Shown here in pieces: positions 43,869 to 54,167 of a stretch of DNA of 64,000 bases. The DNA lies in the NCBI GenBank assembly GCA_963756465.1, contig CAVWNK010000004.1, forward strand, positions 152,203 to 216,202, given 5' to 3'. Position numbers and translations under genes: made by a program. Each line of letters begins with the position of its first letter. Position 1 is the stretch's first letter. The stretch comes from an uncultured Solirubrobacteraceae bacterium (GTDB taxonomy: Bacteria > Actinomycetota > Thermoleophilia > Solirubrobacterales > Solirubrobacteraceae). The notes below the pieces were generated by a model. The model saw only the letters and a list, made by a program, of their open reading frames with translations, searched no databases and was not told the origin of the DNA.

Positions 43869-44915
43869 ATGGCGCGCATGGCAAGAATCGGACTTCTGAC
43901 AGGCGGCGGCGACTGCCCCGGCCTCAACCCCGTGATCCGCGGCATCGTCCGCAAGGGGATCGATCACTACGGCCACGAGATCTTCGGGTTTCGCAAGGGC
44001 TGGAAGGGCGTCCTCGACAACGATGCGATCGAGCTCACGCGCGAGAACACGAGCGGCATCCTGCACAAGGGCGGCACGATCCTCGGCACCTCGCGCACGA
44101 ACGTCTACAAGACCGAGAACGGCGAGCAGCGCGTGCTCGCGTCGCTGCGCGAGCGCGCGATCGACGTGCTGATCCCGATCGGCGGCGACGACACGCTCGG
44201 CGTCGCGCGCAAGCTCTTCGCGGCCGGCTTTCCGACCGTCGGCGTGCCCAAGACGATCGACAACGACCTCAACGCGACGGACTTCACGTTCGGCTTCCAG
44301 ACCGCTGTGCAGATCGCGACCGAGGCGATCGACCGCCTGCACTCGACGGCGGAGTCGCACGATCGCGTCATCGTCTGCGAGGTCATGGGCCGCGACGCGG
44401 GCTGGATCGCCTGCTGGTCGGGAATCGCCGGCGGCGCCGACGTGATCCTCGTGCCCGAGCGCCCGTTCGACCTCGACGAGGTCTGCGCCCACGTCACCCA
44501 CAGGCATGAGGTGACCGGCAAGACGTTCTCGATCGTCGTCGTCGCCGAGGGCGCGACGCCCGCCGACGGCGGCGAGGCCGCGACGGCCGCCGACAGCGTC
44601 GACTCGTTCGGTCACGCCCGCCTCGGCGGGATCGCCGTCGCACTCGAGCGGCAGATCGAGGAGAAGACCGGCTACGAGTGCCGCGCGACCGTGCTCGGGC
44701 ACATCCAGCGCGGCGGCTCCCCGATCGCCTTCGACCGCGTGCTCGGCACGCGCTTCGGCGTCGCGGCGATCGACGCGGCCTCCAACGGCGACTACGGCAA
44801 GATGGTCGCGCTGCACGGCACGGACATCGAGCTCGTCGCGCTCGAGGACGCGCTCGACGAGCCCAAGCTGCTCGATCCCAAGCTCTACGAGACCGCCCAG
44901 GTCTTCTTCGGCTGA
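43869..44915 (+). CDS. pfk: 6-phosphofructokinase with PPi-type signature residues. Alternative ATG at 43878.
   Basis: [47 protein letters not shown]. Confidence 0.9.
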   Translation: MARMARIGLLTGGGDCPGLNPVIRGIVRKGIDHYGHEIFGFRKGWKGVLDNDAIELTRENTSGILHKGGTILGTSRTNVYKTENGEQRVLASLRERAIDVLIPIGGDDTLGVARKLFAAGFPTVGVPKTIDNDLNATDFTFGFQTAVQIATEAIDRLHSTAESHDRVIVCEVMGRDAGWIACWSGIAGGADVILVPERPFDLDEVCAHVTHRHEVTGKTFSIVVVAEGATPADGGEAATAADSVDSFGHARLGGIAVALERQIEEKTGYECRATVLGHIQRGGSPIAFDRVLGTRFGVAAIDAASNGDYGKMVALHGTDIELVALEDALDEPKLLDPKLYETAQVFFG

Positions 44916-44929
44916 GCGATCCGGCCGCC

Positions 44930-45346
44930 GTGCGAGCGCTCGTCCAGCGGGTGTCGCGCGCGAGCGTGCGCGTCGACGGCGAGCTGGTCGCGCAGATCGG
45001 CGCCGGGCTGCTCGTGCTGCTCGGGGTCACGCACGACGACGACGAGACGGCGGCGCGCCGGCTCGCCCAGAGGGTTCGCGCGCTGCGCGTCTTCCCCGAC
45101 GCCGAAGGGCGCATGAACGAGCCGCTCGGCGACCGCGAGGCGCTCGTCGTCAGCCAGTTCACGCTCTACGGCGACGCGCGCAGGGGCAACCGCCCGTCCT
45201 ACGTGGCGGCGGCACCGGGCGGGCTGGCCGAGCCGCTCTACGAGACGTTCCGCGCCGAGCTCGGCGCGGCCGGCGGCGTCTTCGGCGCCGATATGCAGGT
45301 GGAGCTCGTCAACGACGGGCCTGTCACGCTCCTGCTCGAGGGGTAG
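44930..45346 (+). CDS. dtd: D-aminoacyl-tRNA deacylase
   Basis: [13 protein letters not shown]...LLGV..DD...[10 protein letters not shown]...G.RPS...[10 protein letters not shown]. Confidence 0.92.
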   Translation: MRALVQRVSRASVRVDGELVAQIGAGLLVLLGVTHDDDETAARRLAQRVRALRVFPDAEGRMNEPLGDREALVVSQFTLYGDARRGNRPSYVAAAPGGLAEPLYETFRAELGAAGGVFGADMQVELVNDGPVTLLLEG

Positions 45347-45485
45347 GCGCAGCGCCGACGAGCGCGCGGCACATGCGGCCGCCGGTACGCCGGGCGCGGG
45401 CGCGCGTCGGCAGCCGACGCGCGAGGTTGAGCCAGCTGGACGGACGGACGATGCAAGAACCGCCGCTCGCGCCGACCACGGTAGA

Positions 45486-46991
45486 GTGCGCGCTGTCTCT
45501 GACACGACGAACCCCGACTTCCAGGCGGCGCTGAGCTCGGCCGAGCTCTTTCGCCAATTGCTGGAATCCGCGCCTGACGCGATCGTCGGCATCGGTCGCG
45601 ACGGCCGCATCGCGTTCGTCAACGCGCAGACCGAGAAGCTGTTCGGTTACCCGCGCGAGACGCTGATCGGAGAGCCCGTCGAGCAGCTCGTGCCGCAGCG
45701 CTACCACGGCGCCCACAGCGGCCATCGCAGCGGCTACTTCACCGACCCGCGCACCCGGCCGATGGGCGCCGGCCTCGACCTCTACGGCCTGCGCAGCGAC
45801 GGCAGCGAGTTCCCCGCCGAGATCAGCCTGTCGAGCATCGAGACCGAGAACGGCCTGCTCGCGACCGCCGCGATCCGCGACATCACCGACCGCAAGAAGG
45901 CCGAGGCGAAGTTCCAGCAGCTGCTGGAGTCCGCCCCCGACGCGATCGTCGGCATCGGCCGCGACGGCCGCATCGGGCTCGTCAACGCGCAGACCGAGAA
46001 GCTGTTCGGCTACCCGCGCGAGACGCTGATCGGAGAGCCCGTCGAGAAGCTCGTGCCGCAGCGCTACCACGGCGCCCACAGCGGCCATCGCAGCGGCTAC
46101 TTCAGCGACCCCCGTACGCGCTCGATGGGCGCCGGCCTCGACCTCTACGGCCTGCGCAGCGACGGCAGCGAGTTCCCCGCCGAGATCAGCCTGTCGAGCA
46201 TCGAGACCGAGGACGGCCTGCTCGCGACCGCGGCGATCCGCGACATCACCGACCGCAAGCAGGCCGAGCGCGACCTCGCCCGTCACGCCGCCGAGCTGCA
46301 GCGCTCCAACGTCGAGCTCTCGCAGTACGCCTACGTCGCCTCGCACGATCTGCAGGAGCCGCTGCGGATGGTCGTCACGTACACCGACCGCCTCGGCGAG
46401 CACCTCGCCGGCACGCTCGACGCACGCACCCAGGAGTGGGCCGATTACGTCGTCGAGGGCGCCACGCGGATGCAGTCGCTGATCGAGGGCCTGCTCGAGT
46501 TCTCGCGGGTGCGCCCCGAAGAGGCCGAGTTCGTCGAGATCGACTGCGAGGTCGTCCTGCGCCGCGCGTTGGCGAACCTGCAGGCCGCCGTCCACGAGAG
46601 CGGCGCGCAGATCACGCACGACCCGCTGCCGACGATCTCCGCCGACGCCGTCCAGCTGCTGCAGCTCTTCCAGAACCTGATCGGCAACGCGCTGAAGTTC
46701 CGCGGCGCGGGCGCGCCCGAGATCCACGTCAGCTGCGAGCGCGAAGGCAGCCGCTGGCACTTCGGCGTCACCGACGACGGGATCGGGATCGACAGCTCCG
46801 ACACGGATCGCATCTTCGTGCTGTTCCAGCGCCTGCACTCCAAGGACGCCTACGCCGGCGCCGGGATCGGCCTAGCGCTGTGCAAGAAGATCGTCGATGC
46901 ACATCACGGCCGCATCTGGGTGCAGTCCGCGCCCGGCGCCGGCGCGACGTTCCACTGGCTGATGCCGGCGCTACCGGCGGCCGACGGATGA
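45486..46991 (+). CDS. Cytoplasmic sensor histidine kinase with two tandem PAS domains
   Basis: Two PAS units. H-box YVASHDLQEPLRMV. N/G boxes NLIGNALKF and GIGLALCKKIV. No TM segment. Confidence 0.9.
   Translation: MRAVSDTTNPDFQAALSSAELFRQLLESAPDAIVGIGRDGRIAFVNAQTEKLFGYPRETLIGEPVEQLVPQRYHGAHSGHRSGYFTDPRTRPMGAGLDLYGLRSDGSEFPAEISLSSIETENGLLATAAIRDITDRKKAEAKFQQLLESAPDAIVGIGRDGRIGLVNAQTEKLFGYPRETLIGEPVEKLVPQRYHGAHSGHRSGYFSDPRTRSMGAGLDLYGLRSDGSEFPAEISLSSIETEDGLLATAAIRDITDRKQAERDLARHAAELQRSNVELSQYAYVASHDLQEPLRMVVTYTDRLGEHLAGTLDARTQEWADYVVEGATRMQSLIEGLLEFSRVRPEEAEFVEIDCEVVLRRALANLQAAVHESGAQITHDPLPTISADAVQLLQLFQNLIGNALKFRGAGAPEIHVSCEREGSRWHFGVTDDGIGIDSSDTDRIFVLFQRLHSKDAYAGAGIGLALCKKIVDAHHGRIWVQSAPGAGATFHWLMPALPAADG
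45549..46274 (+). repeat. Direct tandem duplication (2 x 363 bp) encoding two near-identical PAS domains
   Basis: ttt at 45549 and ttc at 45912 start units that align codon for codon. I saw only about seven amino-acid differences. Confidence 0.9.
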
Positions 46992-47425
46992 CGCTGCTGT
47001 CCTCGCCCGCGCGCACGATCCTCGTCGTCGAGGACAACGCCGCCGATGCCGACCTCGTCGCCGACGCGCTCGCCAGCGCCGCGACGGCGCCGCGGCTGCA
47101 CCTGGCGACGAGCGGGCGGGCGGCGCTCGCGCTCCTGCGCAGCGGCGGGTGCGATCCGCTGCCCGACCTGATCCTGCTCGACCTGAACCTGCCCGGCTAC
47201 AGCGGCCTGGAGACGCTCGCCGACCTGAAGGCCGACCCCGTGCTGCGGCGCCTGCCGGTGATCGTCCTGACGACGTCCAAGTCGCAGCACGAGATCGACC
47301 GCTGCTACGCGCTCGGCGCGGCCGCGGTGCTGAACAAGCCGATGCGCCTGCGTGACTACCGCGCGATGCTCAGCGCGTTCGAGCGCTTCTGGCTCGGCCA
47401 CGTGCGCTTCCCCGAGGGCTGCTGA
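46988..47425 (+). CDS. Single-domain response regulator (receiver only)
   Basis: ILVVEDNAADADL, LILLDLNLPG, VIVLTTS, NKP. ATGA overlap with the kinase. Confidence 0.9.
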   Translation: MTLLSSPARTILVVEDNAADADLVADALASAATAPRLHLATSGRAALALLRSGGCDPLPDLILLDLNLPGYSGLETLADLKADPVLRRLPVIVLTTSKSQHEIDRCYALGAAAVLNKPMRLRDYRAMLSAFERFWLGHVRFPEGC

Positions 47426-49869
47426 TGTCACATCCGGCGATCAACGTGCTGCTCGTCGAGGACAACGCCGCCGACGCGCAGCTCGCCGCGGACATGCTCA
47501 CCTTCGCTCGCGCGCCGCGCTGCGAGCTGCAGCGCGTCGAGCGGCTCGCCGAGGCGCGGGCGCTGCTCGCCGTCGAGCGCTTCGCGGTTGTCCTGCTCGA
47601 CCTCGGGCTGCCGGACGCCGTCGGCCTCGACGGCGTCCGCGCGCTGCGAGCGGCGGCACCCGAGGCGGCGATCATCGTGCTCAGCGCGCTGGGCAGCGAG
47701 GCGCTGGCGGTCGAGGCGCTGGAGGCCGGCGCACAGGACTACCTCGTCAAGGGCCGCATCGCCGACGACGGGCTGCAGCGCTCGATCCGCTTCGCGATCG
47801 CGCGCCGCGAGGCCGATGTCGCACAGCGCCGCTTCGCGGCGATCGTCGAGTCCTCCAACGACGCGATCCTCACGAAGGACCTCGACACGATCATCACGAG
47901 CTGGAACCGCGGCGCCGAGCGGCTCTACGGCTACACCCGCGAGGAGGCCGTCGGGCGCGCCGTCTCGATGCTCGTGCCGCCGGCGCTGCATGGCCAGGAA
48001 CACGAGCTGCTGCGGCGCGTCCTCAGCGGCGATCGCGTCGACCACTACGAGACGACGCGCTGCACGAAGGACGGCGCCCTGCTCGACGTGTCGCTCACGG
48101 TCAACGCGATCCGCGACGCGCACGGGGGCGTCATCGGGATCTCCTCGATCGCCCGCGACATCACCGAGAGCACGCGCGCGCAGCGGACGCTGCGCGCCGC
48201 CGAAGAGCACTTCCGCGTCGCCTTCGAGGAGGCGCCGATCGGTATGGCGCTCGTCGACCTCGACCGCCGCTTCATGCGCGTCAACGCGGCACTGACGGCG
48301 ATCACGGGCTACGCGGCCGGCGAGCTCGAGGGACGCGACATCCGCACGATCCACGATCCCGACGATCCCGGCGTCGAACCCGAGGCGCTGGCGGCCCTGG
48401 TCGCGGGCGAGCTGACCCAGGTCGTCGCCGACCGCCGCTTCGTGCACGCATCGGGACACCCGATCTGGGTCGCGCTCAGCGTGACCTGCGTGCGCGACGG
48501 GGAGGGTCGCCCGCAGCACTTCCTCGCGCAGGCCCAGGACATCACCGACCGGCGCCGCTACGAGGCCCAACTGCAGCACATGGCCGACCACGACCCGTTG
48601 ACCGGCCTGCTCAACCGCCGTGCCTTCGAACGTGAGCTGACCAGCCACGTCGCCCGCACGACGCGCTACAGCCTCGCCGGCGCGGCGCTGATGCTCGACC
48701 TCGACCATTTCAAGTACTACAACGACACGCTCGGCCACCAGGCGGGCGACGAGCTGATCACGCGCGTCGCCGCCGCGCTGCAGCAGCGGCTGCGGTCCTC
48801 CGACGTCCTCGCCCGCCTCGGCGGCGACGAGTTCGCAGTCATCCTGCCGCGCGCGGACGAGGCCGCGGCGCGGCTGGTCGTGGCCGAGTTGCTGGAGTGC
48901 GTGCGCGGCCAGGGCTCGCGCGCCGGCGACGGCAGCCACAGCGGCCTGACGGCGAGCATCGGCGTCGCGTTCTTCGACGAGGAGCCGCGGCTCGCGCCGG
49001 CGGACGTCATCGTCAACGCCGACCTCGCGATGTACGACGCCAAGGAAGCCGGCCGCGACCGCGCGTCCTTCTACCGCTCCGGCGAACGGCCGCAGGCGTC
49101 GATGCGAAGCCGTGTCACATGGGTCGAGGAGATCCGCGCCGCGCTCGCCGAGGAGCGCTTCGAGCTGCTCGCGCAGCCGATCGTCGGCCTCGGCGGTCAG
49201 CGGGCGCGCCGCTTCGAGCTGCTGCTGCGGATGCGCCAGCGCGACGGCGACCTGATCGCGCCCGGCGCGTTTCTTCACATCGCCGAGCGTCTGGGCCTCG
49301 TGCAGGAGATCGACCGCTGGGTCGTCGCGCGCGCGGCGGCGCTGCTCGCCACCCATCCGGATATCAGCCTCGAGGTCAACCTCTCGGGCACGTCGATCGG
49401 CTCACCCGCGCTGCTGGAGCTCGTCGAGCGGCTGCTGCGCGAGACCGGCGTCGACCCGGCGCGGCTGACGTTCGAGATCACCGAGACGGCGGCCGTCGCG
49501 AACATCGCGCTCGCCAGCAGCTTCTCGGCGCGCCTGCGCGAGCTCGGCTGCCGCTTCGCGCTGGACGACTTCGGCGCGGGCTTCGGCTCGTTCTACTACC
49601 TCAAGCACCTGCCCTTCGACGACCTGAAGATCGACGGCGAGTTCGTGCGCAACATCGCCACGGACTCCACCGACCGGCTGCTCGTGACCGCGGTCGTCGA
49701 GATCGCGCGTGGCCTGGGCAAGGAGACGATCGCCGAGTTCGTCGCCGACGACGAGAGCGTCGCCGTCCTGCGCGAGCTGGGCGTCGACTGGGGCCAGGGC
49801 TTCCACATCGGCGAGCCGGCTTCGCTGGAGTCCCAGCTGCGCGCCGCGGCGGTTCCCGCGTCGCAGTGA
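47425..49869 (+). CDS. Receiver - PAS - PAS - GGDEF - EAL protein (c-di-GMP turnover)
   Basis: VLLVEDNAADAQL...LLDLGLPD. PAS S-boxes. RLGGDEFAVIL. EAL-domain motifs (ELLAQPIV, EITE, DDFGAG). Confidence 0.92.
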   Translation: MSHPAINVLLVEDNAADAQLAADMLTFARAPRCELQRVERLAEARALLAVERFAVVLLDLGLPDAVGLDGVRALRAAAPEAAIIVLSALGSEALAVEALEAGAQDYLVKGRIADDGLQRSIRFAIARREADVAQRRFAAIVESSNDAILTKDLDTIITSWNRGAERLYGYTREEAVGRAVSMLVPPALHGQEHELLRRVLSGDRVDHYETTRCTKDGALLDVSLTVNAIRDAHGGVIGISSIARDITESTRAQRTLRAAEEHFRVAFEEAPIGMALVDLDRRFMRVNAALTAITGYAAGELEGRDIRTIHDPDDPGVEPEALAALVAGELTQVVADRRFVHASGHPIWVALSVTCVRDGEGRPQHFLAQAQDITDRRRYEAQLQHMADHDPLTGLLNRRAFERELTSHVARTTRYSLAGAALMLDLDHFKYYNDTLGHQAGDELITRVAAALQQRLRSSDVLARLGGDEFAVILPRADEAAARLVVAELLECVRGQGSRAGDGSHSGLTASIGVAFFDEEPRLAPADVIVNADLAMYDAKEAGRDRASFYRSGERPQASMRSRVTWVEEIRAALAEERFELLAQPIVGLGGQRARRFELLLRMRQRDGDLIAPGAFLHIAERLGLVQEIDRWVVARAAALLATHPDISLEVNLSGTSIGSPALLELVERLLRETGVDPARLTFEITETAAVANIALASSFSARLRELGCRFALDDFGAGFGSFYYLKHLPFDDLKIDGEFVRNIATDSTDRLLVTAVVEIARGLGKETIAEFVADDESVAVLRELGVDWGQGFHIGEPASLESQLRAAAVPASQ

Positions 49870-49905
49870 CCTGGCCGCCCCGGCGGCGCGCATAGACTGC
49901 CGTCG

Positions 49906-50571
49906 ATGCCCGTCGAGCCCCGTCTCGTTCCGCGCTTTGTCGCCGAACCACCGCAGGAACCGCTGCCCTACGGCCGCTGGGCGACCACGCTCGAGCGCCA
50001 TTTCCTCGGCGCGTGCGACGCCATCGACCCCGGCGAGGAGGATCTCGGCGATACCGGCGAGATCGCGTTCTATCCCGATCGCACGTGGCACGGGCGCACG
50101 TTCGTGCCGGCGACGGCGTTGACGTCCAACGGCTTCGAGCTCTTCGGCTACGTGTCGTTCCGTCCCGGCGGCGAGGATCGCGAGCCGACGGAGTTCGACG
50201 CGGTCGCCGACTACACCGCCGACACCGCCGAGGCCAACGAGGACTGGAAGCTCGACCTCTGCGACGAGGTCGTCGGCAGCTGGCGCGGCGAGAACGGCAA
50301 CGTCGCCTCGATGACGCTCGTGTGGGGCCGTCCGCTCGTCGCGGGCGGCGCGGTCGTCACCGGCGAGCTGGCCGACCTGGCGGTCGACCAGTGCACGCTC
50401 GTCGAGGATCGCTTCACGCTGCTGGCCCCCGACGGCTATCGCGGCGACACGCTCGACGCCAAGCTCTTCGACGCGAAGGGCAACGAGCTTGCGCGCGAGT
50501 CGCTCTACGAGGACGACGCAGACGACGAGGAGGAGGACTCCGAGGAGGAGAACTCCGGGGAAGCGCGCTAG
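49906..50571 (+). CDS. Hypothetical protein with an acidic C-terminal tail
   Basis: 221 aa, high GC3, tail DDADDEEEDSEEENSGE. No recognized motif. Confidence 0.6.
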   Translation: MPVEPRLVPRFVAEPPQEPLPYGRWATTLERHFLGACDAIDPGEEDLGDTGEIAFYPDRTWHGRTFVPATALTSNGFELFGYVSFRPGGEDREPTEFDAVADYTADTAEANEDWKLDLCDEVVGSWRGENGNVASMTLVWGRPLVAGGAVVTGELADLAVDQCTLVEDRFTLLAPDGYRGDTLDAKLFDAKGNELARESLYEDDADDEEEDSEEENSGEAR

Positions 50572-50587
50572 AGGGAGCACGAGGGCG

Positions 50588-51100
50588 GTGGAGCTCGAGC
50601 AGGCGATCCGCACGCGCCGGACGCACAAGGCCTACGCGCCGGAGCCCGTCGAGCGCCGGACGCTCGACGAGCTGTTCGAGCTCGCGCGCTGGGCGCCGAA
50701 CCACAAGCTGACGAACCCGTGGCGCTTTCGCGTCCTCGGGCCGCAGGCGCTCGAGCGCCTGAAGGCCGCGGGCGAGGACCCGATCGCCGCCGCCAAGCTC
50801 AACCGCGCCCCGACGCTCGTCGCGGTCACGGCGACGCAGTCCGGCGATCCGCTGACGGACGAGGAGGACGTGCTCGCTACCGGGGCGGCGGCCTACGTCG
50901 TTCTGCTCGCCGCGCACGGCCGCGGCCTCGCCGGCTACTGGCGCACTCCCGGCGTGCTGCGCACCGCGGCCGGCCGGACGGCGCTGGGCGTCCCCGACGA
51001 CGAGCGCGTGCTCGGGCTGCTGCACCTCGGACATCCGCGCCAGCAGCCGCGCGTGCCCGAGCGCGCGCCGGTCGCGGATGTCGCGATCTACCTGGATTGA
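50588..51100 (+). CDS. Nitroreductase-family protein
   Basis: IRTRRTHKAY, LARWAPNHKLTNPWRF. GTG 50588 preceded by GAGGG. Confidence 0.8.
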   Translation: MELEQAIRTRRTHKAYAPEPVERRTLDELFELARWAPNHKLTNPWRFRVLGPQALERLKAAGEDPIAAAKLNRAPTLVAVTATQSGDPLTDEEDVLATGAAAYVVLLAAHGRGLAGYWRTPGVLRTAAGRTALGVPDDERVLGLLHLGHPRQQPRVPERAPVADVAIYLD

Positions 51101-51337
51101 CCCACCGTTCTGCACGATCATGGTTCGCGCGCGCCGTCGGGAGGTCTGGCGTGCCCCGTACGCGCCGGGGCTAGGACGCCCAGCGCGAGCGGCGCTCCGC
51201 ACTCGTTTGAACGTTCGTGTGTATTTCAGCAGGGGACGGCGCTTGAGGAGTACGCTAACTGCGCCGGTTTCGGGTAGAGGCAGCCCCAACCGCTCCCGCG
51301 CACCCCGCGTGGGGGCTCGTCCAGGAGGAATGTCTAG

Positions 51338-53023
51338 ATGCCAAGGTCCCTCAGAGGCGTGTTGTGCGTCTCCTTCGCATGTGCAGCCATGTTCGGCCTG
51401 GCGGCGTGCGGCGGCGATGACGACGACAGCGCAGATTCGACGACCGGTGGTACGGCCGCGACGGACGCCGGAGGCAAGACCGGCGGCACGATCACGACGG
51501 CGTATACGTCGTTCCCCGACTACCTCGATCCGGCCCTGTCCTACACCCAAGAGGGCTGGCAGTCGTTGTGGACGGTCTACACCCCGCTGCTGACCTACAA
51601 GCACGCCGCGGGTGCCGAGGGCGCGACCGTCGTTCCCGGTCTCGCCGAGGACATGCCTGACATCTCTGCGGACGGCAAGACCTACAAGCTCAAGCTGCGC
51701 AGCGGCCTGAAGTACTCCGACGGCACAGCGGTGAAGGCCTCGGACTTCGAGCATGCGATCAAGCGCGTGCTGAACCTCGAGTCCGGCGGCGCGTCCTTCT
51801 ACTCGGGCATCGTCGGCGCCGAGAAGTACATCAAGGACGGCAAGGCGAGGGCCGACATCCCCGGCATCACCGGCGACGACGCGACCGGCGACATCACGAT
51901 CGAGCTGGCCAAGCCCGACGGCCGCTTCCCGTACATCCTGACGATGGTGTTCGCCTCGCTGGTGCCCGGCGACACGCCGTTTCAGAACATGACGAAGGAC
52001 CCGCCGCCCGGCGTCGGTCCCTACAAGTTCGAGAACGTCCGCATCAACCGCGGCTACGACCTCGTCAAGATCCCCGACTTCGCGGTCACCGATCAGCAGG
52101 TCGGCAAGGCGGACAAGATCGAGATCCAGATCATCAAGAACCGGCGTCGCCAGACGCAGGACACGATCCAGAACAAGCTCGACTACATGAACGACCCGCC
52201 GGCGCCCGACCAGCTGCGCGACGTCCGCGCGCAGTACACCGACAAGCGCTACAAGGAGTTCGTCACGAACTCGACGTACTACTACTTCCTCAACCACAGG
52301 GTGGCGCCGTTCAACAAGCCCGAGGCGCGCCAGGCCGTCAACTACGCGGTCGACAAGCGCTCGCTGGCGCGACTGTTCGGCGGCCTGCTGGAGCCGGGCT
52401 GCAACTTCCTGCCACCCGGCATGAAGGGCTATGCGAAGGTCGATCCGTGCCCGTGGGGCAACCCGACGGCAGCGCCGGACGTCGCGAAGGCCAGGGCGCT
52501 GATCAAGGACGCCGGCCTGACCGGCCAGTCGGTGACGGTGTTCGGCAACGACGAGCCCGAGTCCAAGTCGCTCGCCGAGTACCTGTCCGACGTCCTCAAC
52601 GACATCGGCTTCAAGGCCAAGCCGCGGATCGTCGAGGGCTCGGTCTACTTCACGACGATCGGCAACCAGAAGACGAAGGCCCAGGCCGGCTTCGCCAACT
52701 GGTTCCAGGACTTCCCGCACCCGGGGAACTTCTTCTTCCTCGTCGACGGCAAGTCGATCCAGAACACGAACAACCAGAACTTCGGCAACGTCGACAATCC
52801 CGAGATCAACGCGATCTTCGACGAGGCCGACCAGAACGCGGACATCGACGCGGTCGCCGACGACTACGCGCGAGCCGACAAGCTGCTCGTGGAGGGCGGA
52901 CACGTCGTGCCCTACGGCCATCGCAAGCTGACGGTGTTCTACTCCGAGCGCGTCGACTTCGAGAACTGCACCGTGTGGCACCCCGTGTACAACCTCGACT
53001 TCACGAACCTCTGCCTGAAGTAG
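51338..53023 (+). CDS. ABC transporter substrate-binding lipoprotein, family 5 (peptide/nickel, DppA/OppA-like)
   Basis: Lipobox GLAACGG. Length and motifs are typical of SBP family 5. AGGAGG lies 8 nt upstream of the ATG. Confidence 0.88.
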   Translation: MPRSLRGVLCVSFACAAMFGLAACGGDDDDSADSTTGGTAATDAGGKTGGTITTAYTSFPDYLDPALSYTQEGWQSLWTVYTPLLTYKHAAGAEGATVVPGLAEDMPDISADGKTYKLKLRSGLKYSDGTAVKASDFEHAIKRVLNLESGGASFYSGIVGAEKYIKDGKARADIPGITGDDATGDITIELAKPDGRFPYILTMVFASLVPGDTPFQNMTKDPPPGVGPYKFENVRINRGYDLVKIPDFAVTDQQVGKADKIEIQIIKNRRRQTQDTIQNKLDYMNDPPAPDQLRDVRAQYTDKRYKEFVTNSTYYYFLNHRVAPFNKPEARQAVNYAVDKRSLARLFGGLLEPGCNFLPPGMKGYAKVDPCPWGNPTAAPDVAKARALIKDAGLTGQSVTVFGNDEPESKSLAEYLSDVLNDIGFKAKPRIVEGSVYFTTIGNQKTKAQAGFANWFQDFPHPGNFFFLVDGKSIQNTNNQNFGNVDNPEINAIFDEADQNADIDAVADDYARADKLLVEGGHVVPYGHRKLTVFYSERVDFENCTVWHPVYNLDFTNLCLK

Positions 53024-53089
53024 GGAGCGTGAACACGGAGATCGACGCGGCCTGGATCCAGGCTTCGGCACGAAGCGCTGGGTGAGACG

Positions 53090-54127
53090 GTGTCGATCGC
53101 CGACTCATCGGTACAGCCCGACCTGTCCCCCGTCCTCGACGGGGGACAGGCCGAGGCCGCCCCGACCGCGGGCATCAGCCCGTGGGCGCTGGCGGTTCGC
53201 CGCCTGCGCCGCAACAGGGCCGCGCTGAGCTTCGGCGCGCTCTTCGTCATCCTCGTCGCGCTCGCGCTCGCCGCTCCGCTGTGGGCGCAGATCGCGGACA
53301 CGACGCCTGCCCGCAACCACCTCTCCGACACGATCGTCGTCGGCGGCAAGGACAAGCAGGTCGTGACGTTCGACGGCGTCCCGATCTCGCCGACGTGGCA
53401 GAAGAAGTTCTTCCTCGGTGCCGACCAGAACGGTCGCGACGTCGCCGTGCGTCTGCTCTACGGCGCGCGCAACTCGCTCTTCATCGGCCTCACGGCCGCG
53501 CTCATCACGGCCTTCCTCGCCGTCACGCTGGGCATGCTCGCGGGCTACTTCCGCGGCTGGACGGACGCGATCATCTCGCGCAGCCTCGACGTCATGTGGG
53601 CCTTCCCGGTGCTGCTGCTCGGGGTCGCGCTCGGCGTGTCGCTCGCGCTCGGCGGCCTGCAGGTCGGCCCGGTCAGCATCCAGGGCGGCTCCAAATGGAT
53701 CCCGACGCTGATCATCGGCGTCGTCAGCGTCGTCTACCTCGCACGGCCGATCCGCGGCCAGGTGCTGTCGCTGCGCGAGAAGGAGTTCGTCGAGGCCGCC
53801 CGCGCCCAGGGCGCCGGTCCGCTGAAGATCATGTTCGGTGAGCTGCTGCCGAACCTCGCCTCGACGATCCTCGTCTTCTTCCCGCTGCTCGTCGCCAACG
53901 CGATCCTGCTCGAGGCGGCGCTGTCCTTCCTCGGCGCCGGCGTGCAGCCGCCCGAGCCGTCCTGGGGCACGATGCTCTCCGACGGCGTCGAGCTGCTGTC
54001 GACGGCGCCGCACCTGACGATCGTCCCGGGCCTGATGCTCGTCCTGACGGTGCTGGCGCTCAACGTCTTCGGCGACGGCGTGCGCGACGCGCTCGATCCG
54101 CGGGCGAAGGTCCGCCTGGAGCACTAA
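53090..54127 (+). CDS. ABC peptide transporter permease (DppC/OppC type)
   Basis: N-terminal extension, then ...FLGADQNGRDV... and the EAA-type loop AARAQGAGPLKIMFGELLPN. Confidence 0.88.
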   Translation: MSIADSSVQPDLSPVLDGGQAEAAPTAGISPWALAVRRLRRNRAALSFGALFVILVALALAAPLWAQIADTTPARNHLSDTIVVGGKDKQVVTFDGVPISPTWQKKFFLGADQNGRDVAVRLLYGARNSLFIGLTAALITAFLAVTLGMLAGYFRGWTDAIISRSLDVMWAFPVLLLGVALGVSLALGGLQVGPVSIQGGSKWIPTLIIGVVSVVYLARPIRGQVLSLREKEFVEAARAQGAGPLKIMFGELLPNLASTILVFFPLLVANAILLEAALSFLGAGVQPPEPSWGTMLSDGVELLSTAPHLTIVPGLMLVLTVLALNVFGDGVRDALDPRAKVRLEH

Positions 54128-54167
54128 TGGCCCATCCTGCAAACGGACGTACAGGATGAACCGCTAG

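Noticed and set aside
51101-51337. 237-bp GC-poorer leader upstream of the peptide ABC operon, considered as a riboswitch or defined promoter
   Set aside because: I could not place a -35/-10 pair at proper spacing. TTGAAC and TACGCT candidates are mis-spaced. I also could not recognize any known riboswitch fold. Only the AGGAGG SD before ATG 51338 is secure.
49402-53071. Long - strand ORFs 49402..50628 and 50414..53071
   Set aside because: They are antisense to the GGDEF-EAL gene 3' end, the hypothetical and nitroreductase genes, and the substrate-binding protein gene. Composition is Arg/Val/Asp-rich with no motifs.
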